From a virus, in IMG/VR virus record IMGVR_UViG_3300013458_000003, positions 1 to 40,888 of that record: a stretch of DNA of 40,888 nt. One strand, written 5' to 3'. The notes beneath the pieces were generated by a model, which saw only the letters and a program-made list of their open reading frames with translations, did no database searches and had not been told where the DNA came from. Every line of letters starts with the position of its first letter. Positions within the stretch are counted from its first letter, which is position 1. A program made the translations under genes and the position numbers. Positions 37,212-40,888 of this stretch are shown piece after piece.

Positions 37212-37443
37212 AGAAAATCAACCTAATGCTTACACATTATATGAAAGTGACGGTTGGCCATTGTTGAGAGTGCTACCTAGAGACGATGGCACTTTCTACT
37301 TAACCAACTTAGGTGGAATGGCAGATAAATATTTTAAGAAGTACGTGACTAAAGAAGAATTAGCTGAGATGAAACGTAAACATAAGCTGTTCAGACGAGA
37401 AGAACTGAAACAGCAAACAACGATAGACGATTTCTTATTCTAG
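37201..37443 (+). CDS. Hypothetical protein
   Basis: About 80 aa. GGGAGG upstream of the ATG at 37201. Confidence 0.4.
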   Translation: MGLRENQPNAYTLYESDGWPLLRVLPRDDGTFYLTNLGGMADKYFKKYVTKEELAEMKRKHKLFRREELKQQTTIDDFLF

Positions 37444-37453
37444 GAGTGAGCAA

Positions 37454-38176
37454 ATGGAACTAAATAAAATTTACAACGAAGATTGCTTGATAGGTATGAA
37501 AAAGATACCTGATAAAAGCGTAGACGCTATTATCACTGACCCTCCTTATATTATAGCTAGAGAAAATAGGTTCGAAACTATGGGGAGATACGGCATTGAT
37601 TTCGGTGAATGGGATAAGGAATTCGATTTAATTTCATGGATATCATTAGCGATAAAAAAATTAAAAAAAGGTGGGAATGTTGTCATTTTCACTGATTGGA
37701 AAAAGATTAGCTACATTATCGAAGAATTAGAAAAAAATAACATTGAAATAAAAGATTTAATAAGAATTGAAAAAAGCAATCCAATACCTAGAAATAGAGA
37801 TAGACGTTTTATAACAGATTATGAAGTCGCTGTTTATGGCGTTAAAAAGGGTAGTAAATGGACTTTTAATAGATTGAGTGAAAAGTATGAAAGACCATTA
37901 ATAAAAACAGCTATAACGCCCAAAAGCCAAAAAATAGGTAAAGGACATCCAACACAAAAGCCATTGTATGTTATGGAGTGGCTTGTTGAGAGATTAACCC
38001 AAAAAGGAGATGTTGTTCTTGACCCGTTCATGGGAAGTGGGACAACAGCAATCGCATGTATTAACAATGAACGTAGTTATATTGGTTTCGAATTAGATGA
38101 AAAATACTTCGAATTAGCGAATGAACGTATAACAAAACATGATAAACAAATCGAATTATTTACATTACAGGAGTGA
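37454..38176 (+). CDS. Orphan DNA methyltransferase (beta-class N6-adenine/N4-cytosine type, DPPY)
   Basis: Motif IV IITDPPY comes before motif I VLDPFMGSGTT (beta permutation). No adjacent restriction endonuclease gene. Confidence 0.85.
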   Translation: MELNKIYNEDCLIGMKKIPDKSVDAIITDPPYIIARENRFETMGRYGIDFGEWDKEFDLISWISLAIKKLKKGGNVVIFTDWKKISYIIEELEKNNIEIKDLIRIEKSNPIPRNRDRRFITDYEVAVYGVKKGSKWTFNRLSEKYERPLIKTAITPKSQKIGKGHPTQKPLYVMEWLVERLTQKGDVVLDPFMGSGTTAIACINNERSYIGFELDEKYFELANERITKHDKQIELFTLQE

Positions 38177-38180
38177 CAAC

Positions 38181-38597
38181 GTGAGTAAATATAATGCTAA
38201 GAAAATTCAATACAAAGGTGTCGTGTTCGATAGCAAAGTCGAATGCGACTACTACCAATATTTAGAACGTAACTTAGGTGATGAATATGATCGTATCGAG
38301 TTGCAACCTAAGTACGAATTACAACCTAAATTTGAAAATTTCAGACCTATTAACTATGTAGCAGATTTTGCTTTATGGAAAGATGGCAAGTTAATCGGAG
38401 TTATAGATGTAAAAGGTATGCCTACTCCAGAAGCAAAAATAAAAGCGAAGATATTTAGGTATCAAAACAGAGATATACCACTTACTTGGATATGCAAAGC
38501 ACCTAAATACACAGGACTTGAATGGATAACGTATGAAGAACTAATTAAAGTACGCAGAAAGCGTAAGAAGGAGAAGATGAAGAATGGTAAAAGTTAA
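38181..38597 (+). CDS. DUF1064-like protein (possible PD-(D/E)xK nuclease fold)
   Basis: GTG start after a GGAG RBS. KYNAKK..GVVFDSKVE..YYQYL N-terminus. ADF...GVIDVKG resembles D...(D/E)xK. Confidence 0.5.
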   Translation: MSKYNAKKIQYKGVVFDSKVECDYYQYLERNLGDEYDRIELQPKYELQPKFENFRPINYVADFALWKDGKLIGVIDVKGMPTPEAKIKAKIFRYQNRDIPLTWICKAPKYTGLEWITYEELIKVRRKRKKEKMKNGKS

Positions 38598-38958
38598 AGT
38601 TGAGAAGAAAATGAACTTATTAGAATTAATTGAGTGGGCTTGGAAGAATGATGTTAAAGAAAAAGCATTTTATAGCAATATTGACGGAGGTTCTGTGTAT
38701 TTTGACATGGTACAAACAGTGTCTGTAGAGCATTCAATTGGTAAAGATGAAACTTTCGCAGTGGAAGTTGAAGAAGAGCTTACAGAAGGCACAAAAATCC
38801 CAGAAATGCTTGAGATATTTCAAGATAATGATGGAACGCAATGGTTCGGGAATTCTATTGAACAAGTAAAAGATGATTTTAGTAGAGAATTTTGGTTAAA
38901 AGACGGAGACACAATGACACTCATCTGGAAAGATGGCGAATTGGTTGGTGATGAGTAA
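38584..38958 (+). CDS. Hypothetical protein
   Basis: 124-aa ORF in the operon. Confidence 0.4.
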   Translation: MVKVKVEKKMNLLELIEWAWKNDVKEKAFYSNIDGGSVYFDMVQTVSVEHSIGKDETFAVEVEEELTEGTKIPEMLEIFQDNDGTQWFGNSIEQVKDDFSREFWLKDGDTMTLIWKDGELVGDE

Positions 38959-39317
38959 TGGATAACATTTGGAAAGAGTTTGCAAAAGAATATATGCCAG
39001 AAGATAAATTCAAAAGAGTATGCGAAGAAATTAAAAACTCAAAAAATGTAGTAGATGTTGATCATAAATTTTCTTTAAATAGTTTTCTTAGTGTCATTTA
39101 CAACAAAGAAGATAGAAAAGTAGGAATGAGAATAAAAAGTGGTTACCAAAATGCTTTTGATGTTTGTTACAAAAATAAAGAACCAATCATTAATGAAGAA
39201 GATTTCGGAAGAATTGATTTAATATTCGACAACAAACTTAGTATTGAAAATTTCATCAAAACTGCACAACTCTTATTAAAAGCATATGACGAAATTACGA
39301 AAGAGAGTGATGAGTAA
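38958..39317 (+). CDS. Hypothetical protein
   Basis: 119-aa ORF, start overlaps the upstream stop. Confidence 0.4.
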   Translation: MDNIWKEFAKEYMPEDKFKRVCEEIKNSKNVVDVDHKFSLNSFLSVIYNKEDRKVGMRIKSGYQNAFDVCYKNKEPIINEEDFGRIDLIFDNKLSIENFIKTAQLLLKAYDEITKESDE

Positions 39318-39499
39318 TGGCAAAACTAAAAGTTAATTTTGTAATCGAAGGTACTGCCTACATTGATGCTGATAGTGAAACAGAAAGCGAAGAAACTCGT
39401 GTAATGAACTTAGCGACAGATTATCCCAATGAATTTGATAGTCGATTAGACATTACTAATGTCGAAGATGTCAGTTTAATTTCAGAAGGTTGGAAGTGA
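39317..39499 (+). CDS. Hypothetical small acidic protein
   Basis: 60-aa ORF. Confidence 0.35.
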   Translation: MAKLKVNFVIEGTAYIDADSETESEETRVMNLATDYPNEFDSRLDITNVEDVSLISEGWK

Positions 39500-39503
39500 T
39501 CAT

Positions 39504-39854
39504 ATGAAGAAGATAAAAACTTTAATTAAGTCTAAACCGTTCAAACTTCTTTTGGAAAAACGCAATTTAAGTTATACAGCTATTGCCGAAAATATTCATG
39601 TTGATAGAACAGTCATTTCAAACTTAGCGAATAGAAAAAGATACGTTTCTGGTTACATGAGAGAGTTGTTGATTGATTATTTGAAAGTTGATTTTGATGA
39701 CATATTTGAGATTGTCGAAATTGACTATGTTAATAACTTCAAACCTGTTCCGGAAGTTGAACTTAGCAAAGGTGAGATTTACAAACTTCTCAAATCAGGA
39801 TCTAAAGAAATCATGTTTAAGCAACAGAAAATCAAATTAAAAGTAGCTGAATAA
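39504..39854 (+). CDS. Hypothetical protein
   Basis: 116-aa ORF. Confidence 0.4.
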   Translation: MKKIKTLIKSKPFKLLLEKRNLSYTAIAENIHVDRTVISNLANRKRYVSGYMRELLIDYLKVDFDDIFEIVEIDYVNNFKPVPEVELSKGEIYKLLKSGSKEIMFKQQKIKLKVAE

Positions 39855-39875
39855 ACACATTTGGAGGAGTAGCAA

Positions 39876-40124
39876 GTGATTAGTACAGAAAAAGTCGAAG
39901 AACGATTAAGTAATAAAGAGCAGTATGGCAGATTATCAGAAAGAGAATACCGTCAGCTTATGTATATCAGAGCATCACACGAAAGAGCGCTGAAACGTAA
40001 ACGACGTGAGCAACGTATCGCAAGAGCAAGACGTTCAGAAGAGTTAGTTGCTAAGCATAGAGTGAGTAGTAAGTGGTTTAGATACTTAGCAGAGAACGAC
40101 ATATTTCCAAAGGTAAGGGGATAA
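39876..40124 (+). CDS. Hypothetical basic protein (GTG start)
   Basis: 82 aa. GGAGGAG lies upstream. Confidence 0.4.
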   Translation: MISTEKVEERLSNKEQYGRLSEREYRQLMYIRASHERALKRKRREQRIARARRSEELVAKHRVSSKWFRYLAENDIFPKVRG

Positions 40125-40128
40125 GCGA

Positions 40129-40326
40129 ATGGTAGAAAACGTTAAAATCGAACAATTAGAAGTTGGAGATAACATTTGGTTTAGACGACCAGAAAGCTAT
40201 TCAACAACAGGAATAGTCAGAGAGCTGCATTTTAACGGTGGTAAACCTTATGCAGTTGTAGAAGTAGGAAAACATAATTTTAATATTAGTAATCGTTACG
40301 AAATAGCGAGAGTAGGGGATAATTGA
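40129..40326 (+). CDS. Hypothetical small protein
   Basis: 65-aa ORF. Confidence 0.4.
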   Translation: MVENVKIEQLEVGDNIWFRRPESYSTTGIVRELHFNGGKPYAVVEVGKHNFNISNRYEIARVGDN

Positions 40327-40772
40327 TGAGAATTAGTGATTTAAAGAGAAACGATGTAATAATGATGTGCTGTTGTAAAGTTTATTCTTTAGCAATAGTC
40401 GATGAAACTGGCGGAACTAATAAAAAGAATGGCATCTATTTTTGGGCAATAGTCGAACTAGAAGATGGTAGAAAAATTGAGATAGATGATAGTTGGGAGT
40501 TTATGAAAGTAGATGAGCCTTTTACACGTAAGGTGGATATGCAGGAAGAACAAGACATGGTAAACAAACCAAAACATTACACTTATGGAAATATTGAAGT
40601 CATTGATTACATTGAACAAGTAACTAAGAACTACAAGCCAGAATTAGCATTTGCGATTGGCAACGCAATCAAATATATCAGTCGTGCTAATCATAAGAAT
40701 GGTAAAGAAGATTTAGATAAAGCGCGTTGGTATTTAAATCGTGCATTTGAAAAGTGGGAGGACCAACAATGA
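40323..40772 (+). CDS. Protein with C-terminal DUF3310-like domain
   Basis: KPKHYTYGNIEVIDYIE....GNAIKYISR....LDKARWYL resembles the conserved phage DUF3310 pattern. The stop overlaps the ATG of the Ndt-like gene across the junction. Confidence 0.45.
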   Translation: MMRISDLKRNDVIMMCCCKVYSLAIVDETGGTNKKNGIYFWAIVELEDGRKIEIDDSWEFMKVDEPFTRKVDMQEEQDMVNKPKHYTYGNIEVIDYIEQVTKNYKPELAFAIGNAIKYISRANHKNGKEDLDKARWYLNRAFEKWEDQQ

Positions 40773-40888
40773 TCTATTTAGGTGGCGACATGCTAAGCAT
40801 AGGACAACAGATGCGTCGTGAGTGGGAAAAGCAAGAGTTACAGCGATTAGGTTTTAAAGTCTACGCACCACATGACGATAAGGATATA

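Noticed and set aside
1-40888. CRISPR arrays, tRNA/rRNA genes, transposases/IS elements, classical virulence cargo (sak/scn/chp/sea/lukSF)
   Set aside because: No run of regularly spaced direct repeats with unique spacers was seen. No cloverleaf-like 70-90 nt structure with conserved tRNA features was noticed in the intergenic regions. No DDE transposase or toxin-like ORFs are present. The only repeats are TMP coding repeats, rep iterons and the 18-mer modules.

Overview
The window is a complete, circularly closed temperate siphovirus genome of about 40.76 kb. Positions 1-127 repeat exactly at 40762-40888, so the unit length is 40761 bp and the first gene (8..472) spans the junction. Low GC, AAGGAG-type ribosome-binding sites, a CHAP-amidase-SH3b endolysin, a staphylococcal-nuclease-like gene and a dUTPase all point to a Staphylococcus host. 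The layout resembles a cos-packaging phi12/phiSLT-like phage.

Gene order on the + strand:
- an accessory/early gene block at 8-4900: Ndt-like, YopX, SNase-like, dUTPase, and an AT-rich cluster of small ORFs that includes an acr/aca-like pair;
- a putative late activator;
- a P-loop+HNH endonuclease, a GC-rich putative cos region and terS;
- terL, portal, ClpP-like prohead protease and HK97-type capsid;
- head-tail joining genes and the major tail protein;
- a gpG/gpGT chaperone with a programmed -1 frameshift;
- a 1815-aa tape measure protein carrying M23 and SLT lytic domains plus 132-bp tandem repeats;
- Dit, a 588-aa tail protein, Tal, holin and endolysin.

The lysogeny module is on the - strand: large serine integrase, an acidic lipoprotein, an ImmA-like protein and a cI-like repressor. 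It faces a cro/antirepressor switch whose operator contains a perfect 18-bp palindrome.

The early replication/recombination block follows: a DUF2829 (Tad2-like) ORF, a reverse-oriented moron with its own promoter, ERF-like SSAP, SSB, DUF968/HNH-like, two HTH proteins, a replisome organizer with internal iterons, DnaC-like loader, orphan DNA MTase, DUF1064 and small hypotheticals.

No tRNA, rRNA or CRISPR array was seen.

The most unusual elements are:
- a roughly 450-bp non-coding lysin-to-attP region built from four tandem terminator-hairpin + TTTTTATGTTATAATAAA (extended -10) modules;
- a 48-bp imperfect inverted repeat immediately 3' of the serine integrase, a candidate attP;
- several candidate anti-defence/defence morons: Tad2-like, the reverse moron, the acr/aca-like pair and Ndt-like.
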